DNA from: Bacteroidota bacterium
GTDB lineage: Bacteria; Bacteroidota; Bacteroidia; UKL13-3
NCBI GenBank assembly: GCA_947464275.1
Contig: CANHVU010000013.1
Coordinates: 22,219 to 86,218 of the forward strand
Length of the DNA stretch: 64,000 nucleotides
Direction: 5' to 3'
Below are positions 1 through 11,000 of this stretch, piece by piece. The notes under the pieces are model-generated. The model was not told the DNA's origin. It saw only the letters and a program-made list of their open reading frames with translations, and did no database searches. How positions within the stretch are numbered: the stretch's first letter is position 1; the number at the start of each line of letters is the position of its first letter. Made by a program: the position numbers and the translations under genes.

Positions 1-185
1 TTCCAAACGAGGTAATTCATTATGCAGCGCAGTTGGCTGCTTATTACAGTAAATCGAAGGGAAGTGCTATGGTTCCAGTAATATTTACACCTAAAAAGTT
101 TGTTCGTAAACCAAAGGGTGCTGACCCAGGACAAGTTTTTGTAGAAAAGGAAGAGTTAATTTTAGTAGAACCTAAAATTAGTTAA
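1..185 (+). CDS. NFACT-R domain protein (RqcH/FbpA-like), C-terminal end, 5' truncated by window
   Basis: Manual translation of frame 3 gives PNEVIHYAAQLAAYYSKSKGSAMVPVIFTPKKFVRKPKGADPGQVFVEKEELILVEPKIS*. AAxLAAYYSK and VRKPKG are typical NFACT C-terminal motifs. Confidence 0.8.
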   Translation, partial: PNEVIHYAAQLAAYYSKSKGSAMVPVIFTPKKFVRKPKGADPGQVFVEKEELILVEPKIS

Positions 186-194
186 TTAACTTTA

Positions 195-298
195 TTTTTC
201 TTTTTCCTTAGATGAAAAAGAAACAAAAAATCAAGGCAAAAAAATGCTTCCACGCACTTGCATAGGCTGGCCCGCTTTTTTGCCGACCCAACGCACAT
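195..298 (+). other. Structured intergenic element (possible ncRNA or interspersed repeat)
   Basis: Hairpin TTTCTTTTTC(197-206)/GAAAAAGAAA(214-223) and stem GGCAAAAAA(235-243)/TTTTTTGCC(276-284). The inner segment is GC-richer than the surrounding AT-rich spacer. Confidence 0.4.
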
Positions 299-463
299 CG
301 TTAATGGAATATTGATACTAATACTTTCAACCAAATCTATGTACTAAAAAATAAACTTATAGAAACAAATAATTTAAAAATAATTTTTTTTATGATACAG
401 GTTTCTAAAATTTTGATTAGCAAAATTTTGGTTTTACCTAAAATTAAGAGAACCAATTTAACA

Positions 464-1171
464 CTACAAATAATACTCGCTTGTTAAGTTTTTATAGGCT
501 TCGGTTTGTGTATTGTCTTCGTTGTAAATAATAAATTCAGTTTCAGTTTCTGGTACATTTTGGTTTATAAAACTCATAATAACCCTATTGCTTGGCTTAC
601 TTGTTTTAGGTTTTATAAAAACAGATTCACTACAAAATAATCCTTTTTGCAAAGCCAATTTTTTGAAAATAGCAGCTTCATTAACTGGTAAAATAAGTTT
701 AAAAACACCTTGTGAACTCATTATTTTTTGAACACAATCAATCAGTTCTTCAAAAGTTAAATCGTTATCATGTCTTGCTTTGGCACGTTGCAAATCAGCA
801 ATGGAATAATTGCTTTTGCTAATAAAATAAGGTGGATTGGTTATGATTAAATCGTATTGCTTATTGGCAACAAATTGTTGCAAAGCAACCAAATGAGGCT
901 TTATTTGATTACTAAATTTTGATGTGCTAAAATTATTGCTTGCTTGTACAAAAGCCAATTCATCTATTTCAATGGCATCAAACTGAATGGCTGCATTTTT
1001 TTGTGCCAACATCAAAGCCAAAATACCCGTTCCTGTTCCAATATCTAACGCATATTTTATATTATTTAGAGATGTAAGCGCAGCCAACAGAACGCTATCG
1101 GTGCCTACTTTCATCGCGCAATTATGTTGCTCAATTAAAAACTGCTTGAACTGAAAATAGGTATTTGCCAT
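464..1171 (-). CDS. yfiC: tRNA1(Val) (adenine37-N6)-methyltransferase
   Basis: FQFKQF...MKVGTDSVLL N-terminus, LDIGTGTG SAM motif, NPPYF, ARH. Confidence 0.88.
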   Translation of the reverse strand: MANTYFQFKQFLIEQHNCAMKVGTDSVLLAALTSLNNIKYALDIGTGTGILALMLAQKNAAIQFDAIEIDELAFVQASNNFSTSKFSNQIKPHLVALQQFVANKQYDLIITNPPYFISKSNYSIADLQRAKARHDNDLTFEELIDCVQKIMSSQGVFKLILPVNEAAIFKKLALQKGLFCSESVFIKPKTSKPSNRVIMSFINQNVPETETEFIIYNEDNTQTEAYKNLTSEYYL

Positions 1172-1173
1172 TG

Positions 1174-4100
1174 TTAAAAAGTTTTTCCAATTACCAATGT
1201 TTTTTTGATGGCATTACTGCTACCATCGGTATTGAAGTAGGTAAAGTACACTACATAAATACCAACAGGCAAAGCACTGTTTTTTTCACTTAAACCATTC
1301 CAAGTTAAGCTGCCTTCGGTGCCCAAAGGCAAGTTATTTAAAAGCGTTTTTACCAAAACACCTGAGCTATTAAAAATTTGTAAAGTGCCGGTATAATTGT
1401 TTTTATCAAACTTATAAGTAAAATTTACCAAATCGTTGGTGCCATCGTTATTAGGCGTAAAAACATCTGGTTCTATGCTGAGTGTTTGGTTCTTTATTTC
1501 AAAGTTTAAATACTGCGAATTTTTATAAGTTGGCGTAGCAAAACCACTTGTACTTGCTGCCGATGTCCAGTTATTTTTATTATTAGTTAATTTGTTAAAA
1601 TCAATTCGCTCCAAGCTCACACCTTCTTTGTTATCAATTAATGTAAAGTGCATTTTTTCGTTGTAAGCCAATTCATCATAAACAAGTTCTGGTTTGGCAA
1701 ATAAAACACAAGTCCCTTCATCATCACTAAAGCTAGGTAAGGAATTTATTTCAATAATATTTTTAGGATAAAACACAGCATACTCTCTTTTCAAGACTTC
1801 CACATCGGTTGTTATGGCATAATAACTTTGGGGTAAAAGCATGTAACCATTTTGAGCTAAAGCATAAAAATTATCTATTTGTCCGGCCTCGTTTCTATTA
1901 CCAATCCAAAGATTTTTTATATCAATGTAATCATTGGTTTTATTGTAAATTTCTACAAAATCAAATCCATTTGGACGAGGGTTAAATAAAATTTCGTTGA
2001 TAACTATATCATTACTATCAGCAGGTTTGCACAAGCCAAATTCCAACTCATTTTTGACTTCAATATTATTGCTTGCGCAATCTTGAGCTGAATCAATTTT
2101 TAAACTATAAAAACTACCAACCTTAATACTATCTGTAAAAGATATTTGAAGTTCAGTTAAAAAATCATCGTTAAAACTGAAAGTATAATTACCATTTATT
2201 GAAGGTGAAAAATTCAAGCTGTTTTGTTTGCAAATACTGGTACTATCGAGCGTTTTATTAAAATACAACACCACATGATTGGCATCAACTGGATAAAGGC
2301 GAATAAGCTGTGGTTTTTCTGTGTCTAAATTATTACCTGCTACTGAATTTTTAAAACCAATTGTTCCTCCACTTGTGTTTTTACTGGCAGTCCAATTGCT
2401 TGCTAATCCGCATGGATTTTTGGTATCAATCATTTCTAAACTCCAACCGCCACTTGCTTTAACCGGATTATTGTACCAACTATGTTTATACCCAATTTGA
2501 TGGATAATATAATTGTTTTCGTTTAATAAAATCACTTCATCATCTGTACTTAAACTTGGAAACGTGGCAACATCAATTACGTTTTTAAACGCTGCAAATG
2601 CTGGTAATTTACTGTTATCGCAAATTGCTATAAAACTATCTGGATAAAGTCGAACATTACCAATTGTAGCCATACTTGAACCACTTTTTATTTTAAAATT
2701 ATTTAGTAAAATGATATTCTTTGAACGGTTATAAAGCTCAATATATTCTGCGTTTGGCAAACCAACTCCTTCAATTGGATTTGCCGAAATTTCAGTAATA
2801 ACAATATCGTTTTGTTTTGCTGGTTCAATTGGAATATAAGTGAATGAAATGACAGTGTTTGTATTTATTTTATTCAACGAACAATCAAAAGCACTATCCA
2901 CTTGAATGGTATAATTTTGATTATAAATTAACGGTTGCGTAAAGGTAAAATAAACCGAATCAAACTTGTAGCCTTTTATTATATTACTAGAAATAGGTAT
3001 GCCGTTAACAGTTAAAACCAAACTTTGCATGGCAGCCGAATCCATTTTTTCATTGAAAATAATTACTGCATTTAAGCTATCAGTATAAAACCAACTTTTT
3101 ACCTGAGGTGCTGTTAAATCGGGCAACGTGCTACTGAAAAAATTTGCTTTTCCTGGTGTTCCTCCAACTGGACTTTCGGAAGCCAACCAATTATCAACTC
3201 CTTTACATAAAGTATAAGGATTGATTAATTCTAGGCTCCAACCACCTTCACTTTTAATAGAAGAATTATACCAACTTAAATCGTAATCTATTTTATCAAT
3301 TACCTTATTTTTTTCATCTAAAATTTGCACCCTATCACCATCATTATTTAAACCAGGCAAAAAAGGAACAGCCAAGGTATTACCATAACTTTTAAGTAAA
3401 GGCTCATTAATAGGATTGGAAATGATTAAATACTCAAGTGGCTTTATGGTATAACTTGGCAAAATAGCACTTGAACTATTATCAGTTATTTTCCAACCAC
3501 TAATATTGATTGGGTAATTGGTTCTATTGAATAATTCAATAAACTCAGCATCGGGTAATCCATTACTTGGCGATGGATCAGGCATAATTTCGTTTATAAC
3601 CACATCGGCAACAGTTGGCTTATAAAATAAAAATTTCAAAGTAGAATCACTCATTTTATTGCCAACGGCATCCTCTATATTTTTAACCAATAGTTCATAA
3701 TTAGTGGTAGAGATAAAACTGCCTTCAAAGTACAATAAAACGCTTTTTAAATCTTGATTTATTTCTACCTTTACTAATTCCGGAAATATGTTGTTCAACT
3801 CGTAATTTTCTGACTTAAGTGCATTCGCACTATTAACTGTTTCATTGAAAGCAAGCTTAATAATACTATCACTTAATATTTCAAAAGTTTGAATTTGAGG
3901 AGGAGTAATATCTACAATTGGTGCACCTATGTATACATCATCAAGGTAAAAGTTGGTAATATTTCCTGAGGTAAAGCGTGCAAAGAAACCACTGTAGTCT
4001 GTTGTTTTAAAAGTAGTATCAACCACACTTCCCTCTAATTGAAAATTACCAACTGCCGAAGTATCGCTGTATAAAAACCAATTACCCGCTAAATCACGAT

Positions 4101-4566
4101 TTACTTTTATGTTTAAAATATTATTGCTTTTGGCTATGGTTGCTTGCCTACCAGCAATAATTCTAGTACGTTTTGAACCTTCTTGTTTATATAAACTTAT
4201 GGTATCGGTATTGCCTGTACTTCCACCAAATTGAATATAATATCCGTTTAAGTTACCTTTTAAATTGGTTTGGTCAGAAGTTAGGTAGTACCTGCAAAAA
4301 TTTTGAGTACTTGGACTCAAATTAAACCTAAGCCAAAAGCGCCATTCGGTATTACCAAGTTCAGTATTTTGAACTACCAAACTAACATCTTTAGCTGATG
4401 TTCCTTTGCTTTGCAATTGCAATGCAGTATTAATTTGCCAAAGACTATCATCACCAAACCAAGTTGGGCTTTCGGTAAAATTTCCATCCGCAAAATCATC
4501 TACCAACTGCGCTTGAACAGAAAAAAAGCATAAGAAAAATACAATAAGAAAAAATGTTCTTAACAT
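1174..4566 (-). CDS. Secreted lamin-tail-domain / Ig-like protein with T9SS type B (gliding motility-associated) C-terminal domain
   Basis: Signal peptide; three INEI/ITEI...EFIELxN...GG(W)SLE lamin-tail repeats; C-terminal FTPNNDGTND...WNG...GIYV. Confidence 0.8.
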   Translation of the reverse strand: MLRTFFLIVFFLCFFSVQAQLVDDFADGNFTESPTWFGDDSLWQINTALQLQSKGTSAKDVSLVVQNTELGNTEWRFWLRFNLSPSTQNFCRYYLTSDQTNLKGNLNGYYIQFGGSTGNTDTISLYKQEGSKRTRIIAGRQATIAKSNNILNIKVNRDLAGNWFLYSDTSAVGNFQLEGSVVDTTFKTTDYSGFFARFTSGNITNFYLDDVYIGAPIVDITPPQIQTFEILSDSIIKLAFNETVNSANALKSENYELNNIFPELVKVEINQDLKSVLLYFEGSFISTTNYELLVKNIEDAVGNKMSDSTLKFLFYKPTVADVVINEIMPDPSPSNGLPDAEFIELFNRTNYPINISGWKITDNSSSAILPSYTIKPLEYLIISNPINEPLLKSYGNTLAVPFLPGLNNDGDRVQILDEKNKVIDKIDYDLSWYNSSIKSEGGWSLELINPYTLCKGVDNWLASESPVGGTPGKANFFSSTLPDLTAPQVKSWFYTDSLNAVIIFNEKMDSAAMQSLVLTVNGIPISSNIIKGYKFDSVYFTFTQPLIYNQNYTIQVDSAFDCSLNKINTNTVISFTYIPIEPAKQNDIVITEISANPIEGVGLPNAEYIELYNRSKNIILLNNFKIKSGSSMATIGNVRLYPDSFIAICDNSKLPAFAAFKNVIDVATFPSLSTDDEVILLNENNYIIHQIGYKHSWYNNPVKASGGWSLEMIDTKNPCGLASNWTASKNTSGGTIGFKNSVAGNNLDTEKPQLIRLYPVDANHVVLYFNKTLDSTSICKQNSLNFSPSINGNYTFSFNDDFLTELQISFTDSIKVGSFYSLKIDSAQDCASNNIEVKNELEFGLCKPADSNDIVINEILFNPRPNGFDFVEIYNKTNDYIDIKNLWIGNRNEAGQIDNFYALAQNGYMLLPQSYYAITTDVEVLKREYAVFYPKNIIEINSLPSFSDDEGTCVLFAKPELVYDELAYNEKMHFTLIDNKEGVSLERIDFNKLTNNKNNWTSAASTSGFATPTYKNSQYLNFEIKNQTLSIEPDVFTPNNDGTNDLVNFTYKFDKNNYTGTLQIFNSSGVLVKTLLNNLPLGTEGSLTWNGLSEKNSALPVGIYVVYFTYFNTDGSSNAIKKTLVIGKTF

Positions 4567-4572
4567 AAAAAG

Positions 4573-7350
4573 CTACTCTTTTAACCAAATACAGATACCA
4601 TTAGCCTTAATTGGATTACCTATTAAAGTTTTTTGGGTAATGCCATTTAAGTTTATTTCGTTGCTATTACCTATTAGTTTCCAACGGCCTTTTAAGTTCA
4701 TTTTATTGGTATCAAAACTATTTGGTTTGTTATCATTATTAATTAAAACCAATATTTTATTATCAATCATATAACCCAACATGGCTTTATTTTCAGGAAC
4801 AATAAATTGAATAAAGTTCTTTTCTAAAGTAGGTTTTTTATTGTCGGGTAAAATGCTGGTTAAACTCGGTTCTGCATTAATTAAAGGCTGCAAAATTTGA
4901 GTTCTTAAACTCATTAAACCTTGCCAATAAGCATGCATATTTTTAAAATTACTATTGGTATAAGGTTCCATAGGCACTTTATTAGTTTGGGGCGATTTTG
5001 TTTTACCTATGTTTTCCCAAATAAATTGATTGGCTTTGCGCACATTATAAGTATCGCGTTTGCCATGAAAATACAATTTTCCACTTGGAATTTCCTTCAC
5101 AATTTCCATTAAAGGCGCTAAACCTTTGCTGCGCATAAACTCACTTCCACCATGCAATACTATTGGCCCAGGAGTGGTAAACAATAAAGTAGCTGCAATT
5201 TTATAATTGGCTTCATCTACTCCAAATCTTCCATCAAAATCGGTGGTTGCAAATTGGTCGGCTAAAGCATAATTATCGTGAATATCTAGGTAGTTTATTC
5301 CGCTATTTATATTTTTTTGCGGAGCAAATGAACAACTCAAAGCTTTGATTACATTATCGCGTTCATCTAAATTTCCTCCTGCCCAGCCGCGGTGTTTAAG
5401 TTTATCGGTCAATTCAAAAACTGGACCTTTGTATGCATTTCTGGTATCATCGTTAAAGTAACAAATTGGTGCAGTATCTTTGTACCAATGCCAATTTGGA
5501 TTTTTATTATACTCGGGATCATTGCTATCAATCCAAGGTTCACCATAAATTATAATATCGTCTGGCAAAGCAGCTTTAAGGGCTAACAAAGTTTCTCTAT
5601 CGGTTTGCCCTGCCAAATCTATTCTAAATCCGTCTACCCCAAATTCTTCAATAAAATGTTTGCATTGGTCAATAATCCAACGCTGCACCATGTATCGGTT
5701 TTCGCTTTTGGTTTCGTTTCCATATTCGCCAATATGTTCTAAGTTTTTGGTTCGGTAGTAATATTGTTTATCAAAAGCATTAAAGTGAAACAAATAATTG
5801 CGACCATCCATATTTTCGGCAGTGTGGTTAAACACAAAATCAACAATTACAGCTATGTTTTTATCATGAAATTTTTGAACCACATCTCTAAACTGTTTGC
5901 GTTCATCGCCTGGTTCGGTTCCTTTTTGGCGGTAGCGGCTTTCAATGGCAAAGCTATGCGAGGTGCGATAACCCCAATCATAATTTTCGGTTGCAACACC
6001 TTGTTCAATCATGTATTTATCTTTGCTAAATGCTTTTTTCCATTCGTCTTTTGGCCAATGAAGCATTTCTTGAACAGGCATTAAATGCACAGTATTTATT
6101 CCTAAATTTACCAAATGGTCAAACCCAATTGGATAACCTTTTGAGTTAGTTAAACCACTAACGCCCATGCCTGCAATGGTTCCTTTCGTGTTTTCATCTA
6201 TAGGCAATAAGTCAGTAAAATCTTGCACATGAACTTCATAGGCTATAACTTCTTCCATTTTAGGTCTGCCATTTTTTAATGGAGAAGCAGAATGAGTTTT
6301 GGCTGCTACCATACAAGCACCAAAACTATCATCGCTTACGCGGGCATAAGGGTCGCTAATGTGAACAGGGTGGGTTTCAAAAAATGAATTTCCTGGATCT
6401 GTAAAACCATGTACGGTATAATCATACCAAGTTCCTTCCAAATTTTCGTTTAATGTAGTTTCCCAAACTCCTTGTTCATCTACTTTCATTTCTATGGTAG
6501 TATAAGGAGTTTTTTCATAAAGGTTTTCGCTATCAAATTTAGGTTTGTATAAATACAATTTTACCATGGTGGCCCTTGGTGCAAAAACCCTAAAAGTGGT
6601 TTGTTTTCCATCGTCCGAAATATTAGCTCCTAGCTCTTTATTGCTTTTTAAAGTTTTAAACCAACCATCGTAAGTTACCAATGTTTTAAGTTTAAATTTG
6701 GGTATTTCTAAGTAGTAAACTCTGCGTTTGTCAACACCTGAGGCAGTATTTATATTAAAAGAAACGATACCTTTATCGTTGAATTTAATTTTATGACTGA
6801 TAGTATCAAAAGTGCCATCTTCCAAGTTATACGAAATATTTTTGATGGCTACTTTTTCGCCTAAAGCATTGGTTAATTGTAAATCAGTTTCGGTATAACT
6901 AGCACTTTGAGGCAATCCTGCCAAACGCACATAAATTTCGTTATTGCCAACCAAAGTAGCTTTTAGTCCTAAAGGTTCAACACCTTTCATAAAAATTAAA
7001 TTGCCACCTTCGGTATTGGTTGCATTTGGCGCAGGGTCAAGCCATTGGCCAGCATCTATTCTAAACTTAAAAGGCATGCTTGGTTTAATTATTTCAAAAT
7101 TAGGATTATATACTTTTAAAGTCCAAATATTGCCAACCTGTCTTCTCATTATCCATTTGGTATCGGCCATATCTTGACTCCAATTTCTAAATGCACCTGT
7201 TAAAACTACTTTATTTTTTACTACCACATTGTAATCTTTTTCATTAAAAATAAAGGTAGTGGTATCATTCTTATGCTCGTATCCGTTGGGTTGAGCAAAG
7301 GTTATTAAACAGTAAAAAGTAAAAATAATTGCACAAAGTATTTTTTTCAT
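4573..7350 (-). CDS. GH13 pullulanase / glycogen-debranching-type enzyme, secreted
   Basis: Signal peptide, CBM48-like FRVFAP, YEVHVQDF, YDWGY, DFVFNH, DGFRIDL, YGEPW, HDN. Confidence 0.85.
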   Translation of the reverse strand: MKKILCAIIFTFYCLITFAQPNGYEHKNDTTTFIFNEKDYNVVVKNKVVLTGAFRNWSQDMADTKWIMRRQVGNIWTLKVYNPNFEIIKPSMPFKFRIDAGQWLDPAPNATNTEGGNLIFMKGVEPLGLKATLVGNNEIYVRLAGLPQSASYTETDLQLTNALGEKVAIKNISYNLEDGTFDTISHKIKFNDKGIVSFNINTASGVDKRRVYYLEIPKFKLKTLVTYDGWFKTLKSNKELGANISDDGKQTTFRVFAPRATMVKLYLYKPKFDSENLYEKTPYTTIEMKVDEQGVWETTLNENLEGTWYDYTVHGFTDPGNSFFETHPVHISDPYARVSDDSFGACMVAAKTHSASPLKNGRPKMEEVIAYEVHVQDFTDLLPIDENTKGTIAGMGVSGLTNSKGYPIGFDHLVNLGINTVHLMPVQEMLHWPKDEWKKAFSKDKYMIEQGVATENYDWGYRTSHSFAIESRYRQKGTEPGDERKQFRDVVQKFHDKNIAVIVDFVFNHTAENMDGRNYLFHFNAFDKQYYYRTKNLEHIGEYGNETKSENRYMVQRWIIDQCKHFIEEFGVDGFRIDLAGQTDRETLLALKAALPDDIIIYGEPWIDSNDPEYNKNPNWHWYKDTAPICYFNDDTRNAYKGPVFELTDKLKHRGWAGGNLDERDNVIKALSCSFAPQKNINSGINYLDIHDNYALADQFATTDFDGRFGVDEANYKIAATLLFTTPGPIVLHGGSEFMRSKGLAPLMEIVKEIPSGKLYFHGKRDTYNVRKANQFIWENIGKTKSPQTNKVPMEPYTNSNFKNMHAYWQGLMSLRTQILQPLINAEPSLTSILPDNKKPTLEKNFIQFIVPENKAMLGYMIDNKILVLINNDNKPNSFDTNKMNLKGRWKLIGNSNEINLNGITQKTLIGNPIKANGICIWLKE

Positions 7351-7404
7351 AGTGGCGAAAATCGGTATTTGTATCGAATATCAATATATTTGCCCAACAA
7401 AAAA

Positions 7405-7923
7405 ATGATTTTAGGTCCAATAAGAAAGCTGCGCGTATGGTTCGCAAAATATCCAACTGCTAAAAAATTTATTAAATTTGGCATAGTTGGCACATCAAGT
7501 ACAATGGTAAGTTTACTGGTATTTTGGTTACTTTCATTGCAGTTTCCTGCACTTAATTTATTAACCAAAGCAGCAGGTTGGATAATGGGCTTTTTTGTGG
7601 GTTTTACCTTAAATAAATTTTGGACATACGTAGACCAAACTGATGATGGTGAAAAATATTTAATAAAATACATTGCTGTTTACGCCATTACTTTTTTTAT
7701 TTACCTAGGTTTTAACTTTTTATGCGACCATTACATTTTCCCAAATGTATACATGGCTGACTTTTTTAAATCTATGGAATGGCTAAAAACCTCAGAATGG
7801 CTAAATAATAATGGACCTTTTGTATCCAATATTATTTCTATTTTACTCAATGTAATGCTGAATTTCATTGGAACTAACTTTTTGGTATTTAAAGTTCCTG
7901 AGCCAGATAAAATTTTTGAGTAG
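7405..7923 (+). CDS. GtrA family membrane protein
   Basis: FIKFGIVG, FTLNKFWTY and NFIGTNFLVFK motifs. ATG at 7405 preferred over the upstream TTG. Confidence 0.75.
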   Translation: MILGPIRKLRVWFAKYPTAKKFIKFGIVGTSSTMVSLLVFWLLSLQFPALNLLTKAAGWIMGFFVGFTLNKFWTYVDQTDDGEKYLIKYIAVYAITFFIYLGFNFLCDHYIFPNVYMADFFKSMEWLKTSEWLNNNGPFVSNIISILLNVMLNFIGTNFLVFKVPEPDKIFE

Positions 7924-8010
7924 ATTTTTGCCTTTATAATTGTCACAAATTCACAATTTTTATGGTTTTTAAAATTATAAAATTAAATTGCAATTTATTT
8001 TATAATATAG

Positions 8011-11000
8011 ATGAGAACCAAAAGTACTTCCTTATTTCTTTTTGTATTTTGCTTAAACAATTTACTTTTTTCCCAAAATTCAATTCAAAGCCATAACAGG
8101 TTTATTCCTGTTCCAAGTAAAGTTCATACCAAATCAATTGGGACATCATCCCTAGGAAAAACTGCTACTTGTGCTACAGATACTATTGAATATCCTTATT
8201 TTAAAACCACTGGTTTTAATTTAATAGGAATAAATGCCTCTACAAGTGCAGCTGCAGCTTATCAATGGTACCCAGCTATGCAGTCTATTACTGTAAAAGG
8301 CTTCAACTTTTTTGCCTTTTTATCAAGCACAGCAGGTATATTAAGTCAATCAGTAACCATTAATATTTACAATTCAACAATAGACTCATTACCAACAGGT
8401 ACACCTTTAAGATCAATTACTATGAATATTGATTCTGTTACTGGCAATGGAAGTTTATTAGCTATACGCAAAATGGCCATGTTTACCTCTCCAATTACAA
8501 TACCAAGTGGAAATGGTTACGTATTGTCAATTGAAAACGCAAGTGCTAATAATGTACTAGTAGTTTGTAACAATTGGAACACCTTTGATGGAGCAGCAGA
8601 ATGGTGTTCAAGCTTAAAAATTGGAACCAGTAATCTTCGTTCTTATAATGTAAATGTAGGGGGAGTTACCTTCGATGCTGATTTTCTTATGCATCCAATT
8701 GTAAATTATTCTATTACATCTTCATTTACAACTAATCCTACTTGTTTTACTATAGGCAATCAAGTAAATTTTACCAATACTTCCTCTGCAATTAATTTTA
8801 GTCGTTTTTATAACTTTAGAAAATTTGCAGGAATAATTGAATCAAGTTTTAATTGGGATTTTGGGAATAGTACAGGTGGTTCGGCTGTCGATACATCAGT
8901 TACATATGGAAGTTCAGGGCCGTTTAATGTAAAATTAACTGATACGTTAGAAGGATATTACAAATATTGTGTTGACGTGAGTAATACTACATTAAATTCA
9001 GTTCCTAACGCACCAACCGCTGGAGGGGGAGGTAGCTACTGTCAAGGGTCAACAATAAATTTAACGTGCGTAACAGTTCCAGGAGCAGCATATACTTGGG
9101 CAGGTCCTAACGGGTTTTCATCTACAAGTCAAAATCCAGTTAGAACAGGCGCTTCGACATTAATGGCTGGAACGTATAATGTAACAGTAACTGTGAATGG
9201 TTGCACATCTCTTTCTTCAAGTGTTACTGTAAGTATTGTTCAACAGCCGGTAGCAACAAATAATTCACCAGTATGTTATGGCGAATCAGTGGTTTTATCT
9301 TCCAATTTAATCAGTGGAGCTAGTTATTCATGGACAGGACCAAATGGTTTTAGTTCCAATTTACAAAATGCTATTATAGCAAATCTAGCAATAGTTGATA
9401 CGGGTCTATACACCTTATCAGTAAGTTTAGCTGGATGCAGTTTTAACCCAACTACAACAAGAGTTACGGGTATAGCATTGCCGCAATCCCCAACTGTTAG
9501 TAATACTATAAATACTTGTGTAGGATCTAATGTTAACTTAACAGCAGGTGGAACATACACTAGTCCTTCATATACTTGGTCAGGGCCAAATAATTATTTT
9601 TCCAACAGTCAAAACCCTAGTTTTGCGGCCACTTCCACTTCTCAATCAGGAACCTATAGTGTTAGAGTTTCTTCGGGGAGCTGTGCTTCCAATCCATCAA
9701 ATATTGTAGTTAATATTTCTAACGTACCAACAGCTCCAACTGTGAGTAACAATGGAGCTTTATGCGAAGGACAAACTTTAGTATTAAACGCAAGTTTAGT
9801 ATCTGGTGCCACCTATAATTGGACGGGTCCTAATGGTTTCACATCAACCTTACAGAATCCAACAATCAACAATTCAACATCTTTAACAGCCGGAAATTAT
9901 ACAGCATTTGTTGTAGTTGGATCTTGCAGTTCAGCTGTTGCAACAACTTCAGTTTCTGTTATTCCTCAACCAATTGCTAGTAACAATTCTCCTGTTTGTT
10001 TTGGTCAGGCAGTTAATTTATCAGTAAGCTCAATTAACAATGCTACATATAGTTGGACAGGGCCTAATGGCTTTTCTTCAACATCTCAAAACCCAACAAG
10101 AACAGGAATATTGCCAGCAGATACCGGTATTTACACTGTTACAGTATCAACTACTAGTTGTTCTTTCAATCCATCTACAACTAGGGTGTCAGGTAAAGCC
10201 TTGCCTCCAAATCCAACTGTTGGAAATAGCATTAATGTTTGTTTAGGGAATACAATTAACTTATCAGCTAGTGGAACATATACTAGTCCAATATATTCTT
10301 GGACTGGTCCTAATGGTTTTACATCAAACTCGCAAAACCCTAGTTTTACTGGTAATTCAATTAATAATTCTGGAACATATAATGTAACCGCCACAAGCAA
10401 TGGATGCACGTCAAACCCTTCATCTATTTCAGTAATAGTTAATCCAATTCCTTCAACACCTACAGTGAGCAATAATGGGGCTTTATGCGCAGGTCAAACA
10501 TTAAGTCTTTCTGCAAGCTTAGTTCCAAACGCCACCTACACCTGGTCTGGTCCAAATAATTTTGTATCCGCCATACAAAATCCTTCAGTTGCAAATGTAT
10601 CTATCACAGATGCCGGAATATACTCGGTTTTTGTAACAGTTAATGGATGCAATTCTGTTGCGGGAAATACAACAGTGGTTATTAGTGCCTCTGCACCTTC
10701 ACCAGTTGCTTCAAGCAATTCACCTGTATGTTTAGGACAATCATTAAACTTATTTGCAACAAATGTTTCAGGTGCTAATTATTCTTGGACTGGCCCTAAT
10801 GGTTTTACATCGAGTTTACAAAATCCAATAATACCAAATGTAACTAATTTAAGTAGTGGCACTTATAGTGTAACAGCCACCACTAGCACTTGTGGCACAT
10901 CTCCTTCTGCCAATGTAACTGTTAATGTTATTAGTTTGCCTATCACACCAATAGCAAGTAATAATGGTCCTTCATGTGAAGGGTCGTCATGCACCTTGAA

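Noticed and set aside
7347-7673. 108-aa minus-strand ORF
   Set aside because: Antisense shadow of the GtrA gene
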